A DNA stretch of 64,000 nucleotides from Lysobacter sp. (GTDB taxonomy: Bacteria; Pseudomonadota; Gammaproteobacteria; Xanthomonadales; Xanthomonadaceae), in contig DAIRVA010000001.1 of the NCBI GenBank assembly GCA_036803045.1, forward strand, positions 833-64,832. The letters are read 5' to 3'. Below the pieces are notes generated by a model that saw nothing but the letters and a program-made list of their open reading frames with translations, searched no databases and was not told the origin of the DNA. The stretch's first letter is position 1; every line of letters begins with the position of its first letter. Position numbers and translations under genes: made by a program. Below, one piece after another: positions 20,415-33,705 of the stretch.

Positions 20415-21104
20415 TCAGCGCTGCCGCACGCTGGTCTCCACCACGATGCGCTGGGCAAGGAATTCGTTGCCGTTCGTCATCCGCCCCTCGATCCGAATCA
20501 CGTCGCCGCGTTCAAGCTGGTCGGCGCGATAACGCATGCCGCGATACTCGACGAACGTGTTGTCGTCGTAACGCACGCGCTGGTTGCCGCCGCTGTAGCC
20601 GCCCTGCGTGTAGTGGATCAACCGATTGCGCATGTCGACGTAGGTCACCGAGCCGGTGATGGCGGTCGCATAGGGCTGCGTTCCGCCGTAGCCGCCGCGC
20701 ACGTCCTGCAGCACTTCGATGTTCTGCGCCCACCAGCGCCCGTTCGATTGCGCGGCCTGCACGCGGATGCGATCGCCGTTCTCCAGGCCGCTCGGCGAGA
20801 GTTGCTGGCCGTTGTAGTGCAGCACGGTGTTGCGGTCGTAATTGATCTCGACGCGATTGCCGTAGCCACTATCCTCGCGCAGGATGAAACGCGCGTTGCC
20901 GTGGTCGACGCCATCGACGCTCCCGGTGATCGACTGGCCATACCCGCCTTGCGGATAGCCTTGCCCCGGATAGGGATAGGACTGGCCGCCGGGAGAGCTG
21001 CTCCCGGGATACCCGCCCAGGCCACCCATGCCCATGCAGCCCGACAGGCCCAGCGACGCGGCCAGCGCGACGGCACCGATCATCCAGCGATGCAAACGAA
21101 TCAT
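20415..21104 (-). CDS. Lipoprotein with two repeated beta-rich (DUF5666-like) domains
   Basis: Lipobox LSGC; internal repeat YDRNTVLHYNG..LENGDRIRV / YDDNTFVEYRG..LERGDVIRI. Confidence 0.65.
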   Translation of the reverse strand: MIRLHRWMIGAVALAASLGLSGCMGMGGLGGYPGSSSPGGQSYPYPGQGYPQGGYGQSITGSVDGVDHGNARFILREDSGYGNRVEINYDRNTVLHYNGQQLSPSGLENGDRIRVQAAQSNGRWWAQNIEVLQDVRGGYGGTQPYATAITGSVTYVDMRNRLIHYTQGGYSGGNQRVRYDDNTFVEYRGMRYRADQLERGDVIRIEGRMTNGNEFLAQRIVVETSVRQR

Positions 21105-21203
21105 GGCAAGGTCCCGGATTGGATGCCCTCATCAAGCCACCGCAGGGGTGAAGGCCGGGTCAGCGCAAGACAGGCCGATGCCCACCGTTCAGGCAGCATC
21201 GGC

Positions 21204-23090
<1,887 letters not shown>

Positions 23091-23120
23091 CCCTTCATTC
23101 TACCGGGCGGCGCGACCCGC

Positions 23121-24680
23121 TCAGGAACTGCAGGACAGCATCGAGCAACCGGCTTTTCCGCGCGCCCAATCCGGCCGCTTGCCGGCGAAATGCTCACGTC
23201 CCGGCTGGTCGTCATACGGATGTCGCATCACCTCCAGCAGTTCGTGGATGCCGGTTTCATCGCCCGCCTCGGCACGCTCGATCGCCTGCTGGGCCAGCCA
23301 GTTGCGCAGGACGTACTTCGGGTTCGCCAGGCGCATCGTCTCGCGCCGGGCCACGCCATCGAAGGCATCATCCCCGGCCACGCGCTCGACGTAGCGCGCC
23401 AGCCATGCGGACAGCGCATCGGCATGGGCATCGCGTTTGGACGCGTCGTAGAAGGCATCGGCGAATGCCTCCGGCGTCAACGCATCGGCGTCGTGTTCGC
23501 CGAGCGTGCGGAAGAAGATCGTCATGTCGACTTCGGCCGACTGCATCCAGCCCTGCAACTCGCGCATCAACACAAGCGCCTCGTCGTCGCACCCGGACAG
23601 GCCCAGCTTGCGGGCGATGTTTTCGCGATCGGCACGCGCGAACTCGCGGCCATAGGCTTCCAGGCCCGCCTGCAAGGGTGCGATGTCCTTGAACAACGGC
23701 GACAGTGCGGCGGCCAGCTGCTGCAGGTTCCACAGCGCGATGCGCGGCTGCCAGCCGAAACGATAGCGACGGCCCTGCGCATCGGTGGTGTTGGGCGTGA
23801 AATCGGGATCGTAGTCGTCGACCCAGCCATACGGGCCGTAGTCGATGGTGAGCCCGAGTGCGCTCATGTTGTCGGTGTTCATCACGCCGTGCACGAACCC
23901 CACGCGCATCCACTCGGCCATCAGGCGCGCGGTGCGTTCGGCGATCTCGCGGAACCAGGCGGCATGGAGCGCTTCGCCCCCGCCCCGCAGCCGCGGGTAA
24001 TCGTGCTTCACCGAATAATCCACCAGTTGGCGCAGCAGGCCGACATCGCCGCGCGAGGCCGGCAGCTCGAAATGCCCGAAGCGCATGAACGAAGGCGCGG
24101 CCCGACACACGATCGCACCCGGCTCGGCCCCTGGGCGGCCGTCGTAGAACATGTCGCGCACGACGGCTTCGCCGGTCGAAACCAGCGACAGCGCACGCGT
24201 GGTGGGGATGCCGAGGTGATGCATCGCCTCGCTGCAGAGGAATTCACGGATCGACGATCGCAATACCGCGCGACCGTCGGCGCGGCGCGAGTACGGGGTT
24301 GGCCCCGCGCCCTTGAGCTGCAACTCCCAGTGCCGGCCATCCGGGGCCACCGCCTCGCCCAGGGTGATCGCGCGGCCATCGCCCAGCTGGCCCGCCCAAC
24401 TGCCGAATTGATGTCCGCCGTAATTGCTGGCATGCGGCTGCATGCCCGGCAACAGCGCATTCCCGCCGAATACCTGCGCGAACTCCAGGCTGGCCGCATC
24501 GGCCTTCGTCAGGCCCAGTGCTTCCAGCATCTCATCGGACACCGCGATCACGCGCGGGGCGGCCACCGGCGTCGGTTCGATTGCCGACCACACGGCCCCC
24601 TCGACCTGGCGGATGCGGTTGCCCGGCTCTGGGTCCTTCGGCAGGGCAGCCGGGAGGCGGTTGTCGAAGCGCAATTCCAT
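23121..24680 (-). CDS. selO: Protein adenylyltransferase SelO/YdiU
   Basis: [52 protein letters not shown]-terminal CSMLSCSS. Confidence 0.93.
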   Translation of the reverse strand: MELRFDNRLPAALPKDPEPGNRIRQVEGAVWSAIEPTPVAAPRVIAVSDEMLEALGLTKADAASLEFAQVFGGNALLPGMQPHASNYGGHQFGSWAGQLGDGRAITLGEAVAPDGRHWELQLKGAGPTPYSRRADGRAVLRSSIREFLCSEAMHHLGIPTTRALSLVSTGEAVVRDMFYDGRPGAEPGAIVCRAAPSFMRFGHFELPASRGDVGLLRQLVDYSVKHDYPRLRGGGEALHAAWFREIAERTARLMAEWMRVGFVHGVMNTDNMSALGLTIDYGPYGWVDDYDPDFTPNTTDAQGRRYRFGWQPRIALWNLQQLAAALSPLFKDIAPLQAGLEAYGREFARADRENIARKLGLSGCDDEALVLMRELQGWMQSAEVDMTIFFRTLGEHDADALTPEAFADAFYDASKRDAHADALSAWLARYVERVAGDDAFDGVARRETMRLANPKYVLRNWLAQQAIERAEAGDETGIHELLEVMRHPYDDQPGREHFAGKRPDWARGKAGCSMLSCSS

Positions 24681-24773
24681 CGACCACAGATGCGGCCGGG
24701 CGACCGCTAACTCAAGCGCGGGCGTAGAATGACCGCCCACGATCCACGATGCGCCATGCGCAGGAGACCCGCC

Positions 24774-26657
24774 ATGAGCGCCGAAACCCCCAGCACCCCA
24801 GCTCCGCCCGGCTTCACCGACCTCGGCCTGCCCGAGTTCCTGCTGAAAGCCTTGTCCGAAGTCGGTTACGAAACCCCTTCGCCGATTCAGGCCGCCACCA
24901 TCCCGCCGCTGCTGGAAGGACGCGACGTGCTGGGCCAGGCGCAGACCGGCACCGGCAAGACCGCTGCGTTCGCATTGCCGATTCTCGCCCAGGTCGATCC
25001 CAGGCTGGCCGCGCCGCAGGCGCTGGTGCTGGCCCCGACGCGCGAGCTGGCGATCCAGGTCAGCGAGGCCTTCCAGAAATACGCCCACCACATCCCCGGT
25101 TTCCACGTGCTGCCGATCTACGGCGGACAGAGCTACACCCCGCAGTTGCAGGCCCTGCGCCGCGGCGTGCAGGTCGTGGTGGGCACGCCCGGTCGCGTCA
25201 TCGACCACCTCACCCGCGGTTCGCTGGACCTCTCGAAGCTGCGCACGCTGGTGCTGGACGAGGCCGACGAAATGCTGCGCATGGGCTTCGTGGACGATGT
25301 CGAGGCAGTGGTGCAGAAATGCCCACCGGATCGGCGCATCGCGCTGTTCTCGGCCACCATGCCGCCGCCAATCAAGCGCATCGCCCAGACCTACCTGCGC
25401 GATCCGGTCGAGGTCGCGATCAAGTCCACCACGACGACCGGCGACAACATCCGCCAGCGCTACTGGCTGGTGAGCGGCCTGCACAAGCTGGACGCGATCA
25501 CCCGCATCCTCGAGGCCGAGCCGTTCGAGGCGATGATCGTGTTCGCGCGCACCAAGCTCGGCACCGAGGAACTGGCCGAGAAGCTCAGTGCGCGCGGCAT
25601 CGCCGCCGCCGCGATCAACGGCGACATGGACCAGAAGTCGCGCGAGCGCACCATCCAGCGCCTCAAGGACGGCCAGCTGGACGTGCTGGTCGCCACCGAC
25701 GTCGCCGCACGCGGGCTGGACGTGGAGCGCATCACCCATGTGCTGAACTACGACATCCCCTACGACACCGAAAGCTATGTGCACCGCATCGGCCGCACCG
25801 GTCGCGCCGGCCGCAAGGGGGAGGCGATCCTCTTCGTCACCCCGCGCGAGCGCGGCATGTTGCGGGCGATCGAGCGCGCGACGCGCCAGCCGATCGAGCC
25901 GATGCAACTGCCGAGCGCGCAGGACGTCAACGAGCAACGCGTCGGCCGCTTCCGCGATCGCATCAATTCGGCGCTCGATGGCAGCGACGTGGAGATGTTC
26001 CGCGGCCTGCTGGAAGATTTCGAACGCGAACGCAACGTGCCGATGGTGGAGATCGCCGCCGCACTGGCGCAACTGGTGCAGGGCGATGCGCCGATGTTCC
26101 TGCCCAACGATCCGCCGCCCCCGCCGCCGCGCGAGCGCCGCGAGAAGCCCGCGCGCAACGACGACTACGCGCCACGCGCCCAGGATGGCGAACGTGCCCC
26201 ACGTCCGCCCCGCCCCGCGCACGACGGCCCGGACGTCGGCATGCAGACCTACCGCATCGAGGTCGGCCACGAGCATCGCGTCAAGCCCGGCAACATCGTC
26301 GGCGCCATCGCCAACGAGGCGGAGCTGGAAGCGCGCTACATCGGCCGCGTCGACATCCGCGACGACTACACCCTGGTCGATTTGCCGGAAGGCATGCCGC
26401 CGGAGCTGCTGCAGTTCCTGGGCAATGTGCGCGTGGCCGGTCGCCCTATCCGCATGAAGCTGGCGACGGATGACGACCTCAACCAACCCTCGCATCGCCC
26501 GAAGTTCGGCCACAAGCCGCGCTTCGGCGAGGAGGGCGGTGATCGTCCGCGCAAGCCCGGTGGCTTCAAGCCGGGCGGGAGCAAACCCGGTGGCTTCAAC
26601 AAGCGTCCGGGCGGCTTCAACAAGGGCGGTCCGAAGAAGCCGCGCGATCCGCGCTAA
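24774..26657 (+). CDS. deaD: DEAD-box RNA helicase DeaD/CsdA
   Basis: [31 protein letters not shown], DbpA-type RNA-binding domain; RBS AGGAGA. Confidence 0.9.
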   Translation: MSAETPSTPAPPGFTDLGLPEFLLKALSEVGYETPSPIQAATIPPLLEGRDVLGQAQTGTGKTAAFALPILAQVDPRLAAPQALVLAPTRELAIQVSEAFQKYAHHIPGFHVLPIYGGQSYTPQLQALRRGVQVVVGTPGRVIDHLTRGSLDLSKLRTLVLDEADEMLRMGFVDDVEAVVQKCPPDRRIALFSATMPPPIKRIAQTYLRDPVEVAIKSTTTTGDNIRQRYWLVSGLHKLDAITRILEAEPFEAMIVFARTKLGTEELAEKLSARGIAAAAINGDMDQKSRERTIQRLKDGQLDVLVATDVAARGLDVERITHVLNYDIPYDTESYVHRIGRTGRAGRKGEAILFVTPRERGMLRAIERATRQPIEPMQLPSAQDVNEQRVGRFRDRINSALDGSDVEMFRGLLEDFERERNVPMVEIAAALAQLVQGDAPMFLPNDPPPPPPRERREKPARNDDYAPRAQDGERAPRPPRPAHDGPDVGMQTYRIEVGHEHRVKPGNIVGAIANEAELEARYIGRVDIRDDYTLVDLPEGMPPELLQFLGNVRVAGRPIRMKLATDDDLNQPSHRPKFGHKPRFGEEGGDRPRKPGGFKPGGSKPGGFNKRPGGFNKGGPKKPRDPR

Positions 26658-26663
26658 GCCCCC

Positions 26664-27419
26664 ATGTCGCGATTGTTGGTTTTCCAGCATGTCGCCGCCG
26701 AGCCACTGGGCACGCTGGATGCGTTGATTCGCCAGCGCGGCCACCGGATGCGCTTCGTCAACTTCGAGCGCAAGCCGGATGTCGTGCCCGCCACCGATCG
26801 CTATCGCGGGCTGATCGTGCTCGGCGGGCCGATGAACGTGGAGGATCATGCGGATCGCCGGCATCTCGTGACGGAAATGCACGCGATCGAATCGATGCTG
26901 GCGCAGGGAAAGCCGGTGCTCGGCATCTGCCTCGGTGCGCAATTGCTCGCGCACGTGCTGGGCGCACCCGTGGTCCGGCACGAGACGCCGGAGATTGGCT
27001 GGCACCCGCTCTCGCTGACCGATGCCGGCCGCGCGGACCCCGTGCTGTCGCATCACGTCGATGGTGCGCCGGTGTTCCAGTGGCATCGCTATCGTTTCGC
27101 CGTGCCCGCAGGCGCGTCGCATCTGGCCCAATCGCCACTGTGCGGGCCGCAGGCGTTCCGCCATGGCGACAACGCGTATGGCTTCCAGTTCCACATGGAG
27201 GTCGACCAACCGTTGATCGCGCGCTGGCTGTCCAATCGCGCGTATCTGCATGAGCTGGCGGAACACGGCCATCCGGTGGATGCGGACCAGGTGATGACTG
27301 ATACCCAGACTCATCTGAGCCCCATGCGAACCCGGGCCGAGGCGGTGTTCAACGCTTTCCTCGATCTCGTGGGCCGGCCCGAGCGTCGCTACACCTTGCC
27401 CTCGCGGGAGTGGGTGTGA
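26664..27419 (+). CDS. Class I glutamine amidotransferase-like protein
   Basis: LGGPM, GICLGAQ, QFHME catalytic triad motifs. Confidence 0.88.
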   Translation: MSRLLVFQHVAAEPLGTLDALIRQRGHRMRFVNFERKPDVVPATDRYRGLIVLGGPMNVEDHADRRHLVTEMHAIESMLAQGKPVLGICLGAQLLAHVLGAPVVRHETPEIGWHPLSLTDAGRADPVLSHHVDGAPVFQWHRYRFAVPAGASHLAQSPLCGPQAFRHGDNAYGFQFHMEVDQPLIARWLSNRAYLHELAEHGHPVDADQVMTDTQTHLSPMRTRAEAVFNAFLDLVGRPERRYTLPSREWV

Positions 27420-28594
27420 ACGATTGCGATGTCCTGGTCATCGGCGGCGGCGCGGCCGGCCTCATGTGCGCGCTCACCGCGGGCCAGCGCGGCCGGCGCG
27501 TGGCCGTGATCGAACACGCCGAGCGCTGCGGCAAGAAGATCCTGATGTCGGGCGGCGGACGCTGCAATTTCACCAACACCAGCGTGACGCCCGCGCAATA
27601 TCTCTCGGCCAACCCGCACTTCTGCAAATCGGCGCTGGCGCGCTACACGCCCGCCGATTTCATCGGCATGGTCGATCGCCACGGCATCGCCTGGCACGAG
27701 AAGGAACTCGGGCAACTGTTCTGCGATGAATCATCCAAGCAGATCGTGCGCATGTTGCTGGACGAGTGCGAATGGGCCGGCGTGCGCATCGAAACCGGCT
27801 GCGGCGTGGAATCGATGGACCATACCGATGGCGGCTTCGTCGCTCGCACCTCGCGCGGTGCGTTCAAGGCTTCGTCGCTGGTCGTCGCCAGCGGCGGACT
27901 GTCCATCCCGCGCATGGGCGCAACCGGATTCGGCTATCAGCTTGCGCGGCAATTCGGCCATGAAGTGCTGCCCACGCGCGCCGGCCTGGTGCCGCTGACC
28001 TTGTCCGGCACGCATCTGGAGCGCCTTGAAGGCCTCAGCGGCCTGTCGCTCCCCATCGAGGCACGATGCGGCAAGCAGTCCTTCAGCAACGCGATGCTGA
28101 TCACCCATCGCGGCCTCAGCGGCCCGGCCATCCTGCAGATCAGCTCGTACTGGCGCGAGGGCGATGCACTCGCCATCGGCCTCTTGCCGGGGACAGACAT
28201 CCCCGCCCTGCTCTCGCGCTGGCAAGCCGAACGTCGCGATGCCCAACTGCAGACATTGCTGGGCGAGGTGTTGCCCAAGCGCTTCGCCCAACGCCTCACC
28301 GAGCATTGGTTGCCCAATCGCCCGATGCGGCAATTCAACGCCCGCGAACTCGATGACATCGCACGCACGCTTTCGACATGGCCGATCACCACCAGCGGCA
28401 CCGAAGGCTATCGCACGGCCGAAGTCACGCTCGGCGGCGTAGACACCGACGGCCTGTCATCGGCCACGATGATGTCCAAGCATGTGCCCGGCCTGTATTT
28501 CATCGGCGAAGTGGTCGACGTGACCGGCTGGCTCGGCGGTTACAATTTCCAGTGGGCCTGGGCCTCGGGACGCGCGGCGGGCATGGCGGCCTAG
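27416..28594 (+). CDS. HI0933/YhiN family flavoprotein
   Basis: [38 protein letters not shown]. Confidence 0.92.
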   Translation: MNDCDVLVIGGGAAGLMCALTAGQRGRRVAVIEHAERCGKKILMSGGGRCNFTNTSVTPAQYLSANPHFCKSALARYTPADFIGMVDRHGIAWHEKELGQLFCDESSKQIVRMLLDECEWAGVRIETGCGVESMDHTDGGFVARTSRGAFKASSLVVASGGLSIPRMGATGFGYQLARQFGHEVLPTRAGLVPLTLSGTHLERLEGLSGLSLPIEARCGKQSFSNAMLITHRGLSGPAILQISSYWREGDALAIGLLPGTDIPALLSRWQAERRDAQLQTLLGEVLPKRFAQRLTEHWLPNRPMRQFNARELDDIARTLSTWPITTSGTEGYRTAEVTLGGVDTDGLSSATMMSKHVPGLYFIGEVVDVTGWLGGYNFQWAWASGRAAGMAA

Positions 28595-28749
28595 GCGAAC
28601 GGCCAGGGCCAACCGAACACCTGCGCGAAGAAGTAATAGGCGATGCCGGCGAGGGCCGCCCACAGCGCCAACTTCAGCACCCAGCCGACGACCTTGATCG
28701 CCAGCCAGCCCACCACGATCGCGGCGACCAGCAACCACCATTCGTTCAT
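28591..28749 (-). CDS. Small membrane protein (52 aa)
   Basis: Hydrophobic MNEWWLLVAAIVVGWLAIK...; start overlaps the upstream stop. Confidence 0.65.
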   Translation of the reverse strand: MNEWWLLVAAIVVGWLAIKVVGWVLKLALWAALAGIAYYFFAQVFGWPWPFA

Positions 28750-29495
28750 GCGCGCGGCACCGGCGCGTCGCGCAGAGGCCTGAGCGCGGGGTCCAGCGCG
28801 ACGCGTTCGTCGAAGACGAAACAGCCACCGTCGTAGCCTTCGCCGCCGACTTCCTCGAAATATCGCAGGATGCCGCCCTCCAGCTGCAACACGTTGTCCA
28901 GGCCAATGGCGTGCATCCACGGCGCGGCCTTCTCGCAGCGGATGCCGCCGGTGCAGAAGCTGACGACCGTGGCATCGCGCAATTCATCGCGGATCGCCTC
29001 GACCGCTTCGGGCAGGTCGTTGAAGTTGTCGATAGGCAGGGTGCGCGCATCCTTGAACGTGCCGTAGCCGATCTCCTCGCGGTTGCGCGTGTCGAGCAGC
29101 ACCAGCTGCTTGCCGGCATCGTCATGGCCCTGCGCAATCCAGCGACGCAACCTCGTCGCCTCCACGCTCGGTGCGCGCGACTCGCCGACGCCGGCCGGAC
29201 GCCCGGCGAAGGGCACGATCTCGCGCTTTTCCTTCACCTTGAGGCGCGCGAAAGGCACGTGCGCGCTCCAGCTTTCCTTCGCAAGGATGCCGGCGAAACG
29301 CGCATCCTGACGCAACCAGTCGAGGAAGCCGCGCACATCGGCCTCGCCCCCGGCCAGGAACAGGTTGATGCCCTCGCCCGCCACCAGCACGCTGCCGAGC
29401 AGGTCCAACGCTTCGGCGCGATGGCGCACGGCATCGGTCAATGCGGGCACGTCAGCCACATCGGCAAAATGATAGGCGGCGATATTGAGCTTCAT
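28746..29495 (-). CDS. Rhodanese-domain protein, TrhO/YceA (UPF0176) family
   Basis: EGIN, LLDTRN..E..GTF, FCTGGIRCEKA, LEGGILRY, CFVFDERVAL. Confidence 0.88.
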   Translation of the reverse strand: MKLNIAAYHFADVADVPALTDAVRHRAEALDLLGSVLVAGEGINLFLAGGEADVRGFLDWLRQDARFAGILAKESWSAHVPFARLKVKEKREIVPFAGRPAGVGESRAPSVEATRLRRWIAQGHDDAGKQLVLLDTRNREEIGYGTFKDARTLPIDNFNDLPEAVEAIRDELRDATVVSFCTGGIRCEKAAPWMHAIGLDNVLQLEGGILRYFEEVGGEGYDGGCFVFDERVALDPALRPLRDAPVPRA

Positions 29496-29515
29496 GCCGC
29501 CATTTTACCCGCGAC

Positions 29516-29866
29516 TCAGGGCTTGCCCCAGAACGCGAACCCGACCGCGGCGACGAGGCAGGCGTAGGCAGCCAGCGTGTTCCACTTGAGCGACTCGCCG
29601 AACATCCACCACGCCACCCCGGTGAACACCACCAAGGTGATGCACTCCTGCAGGATCTTCATCTGGGTCACGCTCATCACCCCGCTGCCGACGCGGTTGG
29701 CCGGCACCATGAAGCAGTACTCGAACAGGGCCAACCCCCAGCTCGCGACGATCGCCAGCCACAACGGGCTGCCCTTGAACTTGAGGTGGCCGTACCAGGC
29801 CAGGTTCATGAAGACGTTGGAGATGGTCAGCAGCGCGAGGAACTGCAGGGTGGCGGCATTGGGCAT
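29516..29866 (-). CDS. DMT superfamily small membrane protein (DUF486)
   Basis: SNVFMNLAWYGHLK, SWGLALFEY..VPANR motifs. Confidence 0.85.
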   Translation of the reverse strand: MPNAATLQFLALLTISNVFMNLAWYGHLKFKGSPLWLAIVASWGLALFEYCFMVPANRVGSGVMSVTQMKILQECITLVVFTGVAWWMFGESLKWNTLAAYACLVAAVGFAFWGKP

Positions 29867-29896
29867 CGTGGCGGCCGGCAGGGACGGTGGCGCATG

Positions 29897-30148
29897 CTAG
29901 CGCGGCGTGGACACCGTCGCCGCCGGCGAGCGGCCGGCGCTGCCGCGGGTCTTTTCCAGCAGCAGGTCGATCAACAACACGAACAGCAACAGGCAGCCCG
30001 CCGCCACGGCGAGATAGACGGCATTGCGCCGGCGCGCACGCCGGCGTATCTCGCCGGCATCGAGCCAGCTGGCAGGACGCCATCCGGCGGTGCCCGGAAG
30101 CGGCGGCGCAGCCTTGGATCCGTCCCGGTCACGATGCTTCCCGCTCAT
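29897..30148 (-). CDS. Small hypothetical membrane protein
   Basis: MSGKHRD... with a basic stretch and one TM helix; fills the gap upstream of the DMT gene. Confidence 0.5.
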   Translation of the reverse strand: MSGKHRDRDGSKAAPPLPGTAGWRPASWLDAGEIRRRARRRNAVYLAVAAGCLLLFVLLIDLLLEKTRGSAGRSPAATVSTPR

Positions 30149-30254
30149 GTTGATGAATCCCCTGCGGATGGATCGGCCATCGAGCATGGCATGCTGCGTT
30201 GAATCGCGCGTGCGGGTATCGGATGATGCTTGGTCGCCCCAATCGCAGGCCCGA

Positions 30255-32057
30255 ATGAACCTTTGGCGTTTCCAATGGCTGCTGTACGCCTTCGTGGCGC
30301 TGCTGGTGGCCGGCCCGTACCTGCTGCTCAGGGAGTCCGGCCAGCGGATCCAGCAGGCGGACACGATGCTGGCGCACATCAGCCACGTCGAGGCCACCGC
30401 CAGCCGGCTGCTGTTCGAGGTCCGCGACCTGGAATCCTCCGCCGGCATGCTGGTCGCCGGCATCGACGTGCCGAACATCCGCCGCAGGATTGCCGAGAGC
30501 CAACAGGCGATCCCACAGCTGCTCGACACCCTCATCGAACTCACCCACGACAATCCCGAGCAACAAGTCCGCGTCGGCGAACTGAAGACCCGCATCGAGC
30601 AGCGCGTGGAACTGACCGGCCGCATCATCGACGTCACGGACCCCGTGGAACGCAAGCGGTTGCTGCAATTGATGGTCGACGAATTCCCGATGCGCAACGC
30701 CGCCATGGGCGTACTGAAGGAAGAGCGCCTCCTGCTCGAGCGCCAGACCCGCGAAGCCGCGGCGTTGCGCCGGCATGGGCACTGGATATCGGTTTCCGCG
30801 GTGTTCGGGCAGATCGCGTTGCTCTGCCTCCTGCTGTGGATCACGCTGCGCCAGCAGCGCCGGCGCGCGGTGGCCGAACAGGATGCCAACGCCGCCAACG
30901 CCCGCGCGCTGGCCGTGATGCAATCCATCCGCGATCCGATCGCGCTCATCGACAGCCAGAAGAAGGTGGTCATGCACAACACCGCCTTCGACGAGATGTA
31001 CGGCGGCAGCGGTGAAAGCGGGGAAATCGACGGCCTGCACCTCAGCCGGATCGGCAACGGCGCCTGGACCCACCGCGAGACGCTGCAACGGCTCCGCGAC
31101 GTGGTCAGCCGCGGCCGCGAACTCTGGGATTTCGAGGTCAGGCAGACCACGGCCGACGGAGTCGACCGCACGATGCTGCTCAACGCCCGCCGCATCAACC
31201 TGCCCGACCGCGTGGACGAAGTCGCACTGCTCACGCTCAGCGACATCAGCCACCAGAAGGCCGCGGAAGAGGAGATCTCCGGGCTGAACCGCCAGCTCGA
31301 GGGCAAGATCGAGCAGGTCTCGGACGTCAACCGCGAACTGGAAGCCTTCAGCTACTCGGTATCGCACGACCTGCGCGCGCCGTTGCGCCACATCTCCGGC
31401 TTCGCCGAGAAGCTGCAGCGCCACCTGGGCGACGGTGCCGACGAAAAAGCGCTGCGCTACATCGACACCATCGACGCATCGGCCCGGCGCATGGCCGCCC
31501 TGATCGACGATCTGCTGGTCTATTCCCGCCTCGGCCGCAGCGCGCTGCGCCTGCAGCCGGTCGACATGCAATCGATGGTGTCCGAGATCCGCGCCATGCT
31601 GGACGCCACCGCCGATGGCGAATCGCCGGAGCGCCGCATCGAATGGAGGATCGCCCCCCTGCCTGTGGTGCTCGGCGACGAAAACATGCTGCGCCAAGTC
31701 TGGACCAACCTGCTCGGCAACGCCGTCAAGTACACCGGCACGCGGGATGTCGCCCGGATCGATATCGACTACCGGCCCGGGGATGAAGGGCAGCACGAGT
31801 TCATCGTCGCCGACAACGGCGTCGGCTTCGACATGGCGTATTCGGGCAAGCTCTTCGGCGTGTTCCAGCGCCTGCACAAGGCCAGCGAATTCGCCGGGAC
31901 CGGCATCGGCCTGGCCAACGTGAAGCGCGTGCTGACGCGCCACGGCGGCGACATCCAGGCCGAAGCGCGGCCCGACGAAGGCGCGACGTTCCGGTTCACG
32001 CTTCCGCAAATGCTGGATAATCCTTCATGGACCCCACGAACGGCAGACGAACGATGA
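30255..32057 (+). CDS. Sensor histidine kinase (periplasmic CHASE3-like, PAS, HisKA, HATPase)
   Basis: Two TM helices; YSVSHDLRAPL H-box, NLLGNAVKY, DNGVGF, GTGIGL; start uncertain. Confidence 0.9.
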   Translation: MNLWRFQWLLYAFVALLVAGPYLLLRESGQRIQQADTMLAHISHVEATASRLLFEVRDLESSAGMLVAGIDVPNIRRRIAESQQAIPQLLDTLIELTHDNPEQQVRVGELKTRIEQRVELTGRIIDVTDPVERKRLLQLMVDEFPMRNAAMGVLKEERLLLERQTREAAALRRHGHWISVSAVFGQIALLCLLLWITLRQQRRRAVAEQDANAANARALAVMQSIRDPIALIDSQKKVVMHNTAFDEMYGGSGESGEIDGLHLSRIGNGAWTHRETLQRLRDVVSRGRELWDFEVRQTTADGVDRTMLLNARRINLPDRVDEVALLTLSDISHQKAAEEEISGLNRQLEGKIEQVSDVNRELEAFSYSVSHDLRAPLRHISGFAEKLQRHLGDGADEKALRYIDTIDASARRMAALIDDLLVYSRLGRSALRLQPVDMQSMVSEIRAMLDATADGESPERRIEWRIAPLPVVLGDENMLRQVWTNLLGNAVKYTGTRDVARIDIDYRPGDEGQHEFIVADNGVGFDMAYSGKLFGVFQRLHKASEFAGTGIGLANVKRVLTRHGGDIQAEARPDEGATFRFTLPQMLDNPSWTPRTADER

Positions 32058-32494
32058 ACGACCTGCGCCCCATCCTGCTTGCCGAAGACAGTCTCGCCGA
32101 CGCCGAAATGGCCATCGACGCGCTGAGGGAAGCCAACCTGGCCAATCCGCTGGTCCATGTCGAGGACGGCGTCGAGGCGCTCGAATATCTGATGCGCAAG
32201 GGCAAGTTCGCCGACCGCGAGCCCGGCGATCCTGCGGTGCTGCTGCTCGACATCAAGATGCCGCGCATGGACGGGCTGGAAGTGCTGCAACGACTGCGCG
32301 AGGACGGCGCATTCCGGCAGTTGCCCATCGTGATCCTTTCCTCCTCGCGGGAAGAAACCGACCTTGCCCGCAGTTGGAACCTCGGCGTCAACGCCTACGT
32401 GGTGAAACCGGTCGACATCAACCAGTTCTTCGACGCGGTGAAGGTGCTCGGCCGCTTCTGGGCGGTCTTCAACCAAGCACCGCAACAGGATTGA
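32054..32494 (+). CDS. Single-domain response regulator (Rcp1-like)
   Basis: LLAEDS, LLLDIKMP, ILSSS, YVVKP; ATGA overlap with the kinase. Confidence 0.92.
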   Translation: MNDLRPILLAEDSLADAEMAIDALREANLANPLVHVEDGVEALEYLMRKGKFADREPGDPAVLLLDIKMPRMDGLEVLQRLREDGAFRQLPIVILSSSREETDLARSWNLGVNAYVVKPVDINQFFDAVKVLGRFWAVFNQAPQQD

Positions 32495-32501
32495 CCCGAC
32501 G

Positions 32502-32888
32502 ATGCGTCGCCCGGCCGAGCTGCGCATCCTGCTCGTGGAAGACAATCCGGACGACGCGGAAATGATCAGGATGGCGTTGGAGGCGGCCGGCCTGGATTTC
32601 ACCCTGCACATGGTCGAGTTGCGGCGCGAGCTGGAAGATGCGCTGGCAACGGAAACCTGGTCGCTCGTCCTGTGCGATTCCCGCCTGCCCGGCTATACCG
32701 GCGCCGACGCGTTCGGCTGGATCCGCGAACGCCAGCCCGGCGTGCCGGTGGTGTTCTGCAGTGGCAGCGGCGATCCCGGCGACCCCGCCATTGCCGGCGC
32801 CATCGCGCACAGTAGCGGGCTGGTGGACAAGAATCGCCTGGACGGTCTCGCCGGCACCGTCCTGCGCTCGTTGGCGTCCAGCGGCTGA
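32502..32888 (+). CDS. Single-domain response regulator
   Basis: ILLVEDNPDD, LCDSRLPG, FCSG, VDKNRL. Confidence 0.8.
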   Translation: MRRPAELRILLVEDNPDDAEMIRMALEAAGLDFTLHMVELRRELEDALATETWSLVLCDSRLPGYTGADAFGWIRERQPGVPVVFCSGSGDPGDPAIAGAIAHSSGLVDKNRLDGLAGTVLRSLASSG

Positions 32889-32892
32889 CCGC

Positions 32893-33672
32893 CTACGGCA
32901 GCAGCGGCCAGGCATCGACCTGCAGCGTTTCCCGGTAGGCGTGCCAGCTGGCATAGGCCAGCCACGGCATCACCAGACCCAGGCCGATGAAGGCCGTGGC
33001 GAATCCCAGCACCGTGAGCACGACGATGATCGCGGCCCACAGCGCCATCGGCCCCTTGTTGCGCAACACCGCGTTCACGCTGGAGATGCCGGCGGTGATC
33101 ATGTCCACATCGCGGTCCGCGATCATCGGCAGCGACACCGCCGCGACCGCGAAGGTCAGGGCGGCGAAGATCGCGCCGACCGCCGAGCCGATGGCCAAGT
33201 ATTCGGCAAGCGCGACGCGGTCTCCCTCGACGATCGGCGAAAGTGCGGTGATCACCATGCCCGCACGCGACCACAACAGGACGATCACGCCCTGCGCCAG
33301 CGCGAACACCGCAGCCTGCCCGATCACCCGCCGCGCCAGCGCGAAAGAGTCCGCGAGACGCGGTGTGCGGCCGCGTTCGAGCGCGCGGCTGACGCAATAA
33401 AGGCCCACGCAGATCAGCGGCGCCACGAAGACGAAGCCGGACAGCAACGTCGCCAGCAACGCGAAGCGACCGAGTTCCCAGGCCAGCCATGCGACCAGCA
33501 TGCTCACCACGACGATCACCCCGCCGAACACCGCGGTCAGCACGGGCGCGCGCCGCAGGTCGTGCCAGCCGGCGCGCAACCAGCGCAGCGGCGCCCGCAT
33601 GTCCAGCGTCGTGCAGGGTGTCAGGAAGGGGTGGTCGGGAGCGTCTTCCGCCGGATCAGGTGCCTGCTGCAT
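32893..33672 (-). CDS. DUF2189 family membrane protein
   Basis: PLRWLRAGWHDL, GLY.VSR.LE.G, YASWHAYRE motifs; multiple TM helices. Confidence 0.82.
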   Translation of the reverse strand: MQQAPDPAEDAPDHPFLTPCTTLDMRAPLRWLRAGWHDLRRAPVLTAVFGGVIVVVSMLVAWLAWELGRFALLATLLSGFVFVAPLICVGLYCVSRALERGRTPRLADSFALARRVIGQAAVFALAQGVIVLLWSRAGMVITALSPIVEGDRVALAEYLAIGSAVGAIFAALTFAVAAVSLPMIADRDVDMITAGISSVNAVLRNKGPMALWAAIIVVLTVLGFATAFIGLGLVMPWLAYASWHAYRETLQVDAWPLLP

Positions 33673-33705
33673 TCCCCACTCCTCCCGACCGTCAGGCGGC
33701 CACTT

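Noticed and set aside
23121..27314. 1397-aa minus-strand ORF
   Set aside because: Only the last ~520 aa (SelO) are supported; the rest is the antisense shadow of deaD and the GATase gene in high-GC DNA
29897..31330. 477-aa minus-strand ORF
   Set aside because: Antisense to the histidine kinase; only the last ~83 codons look like a real small gene
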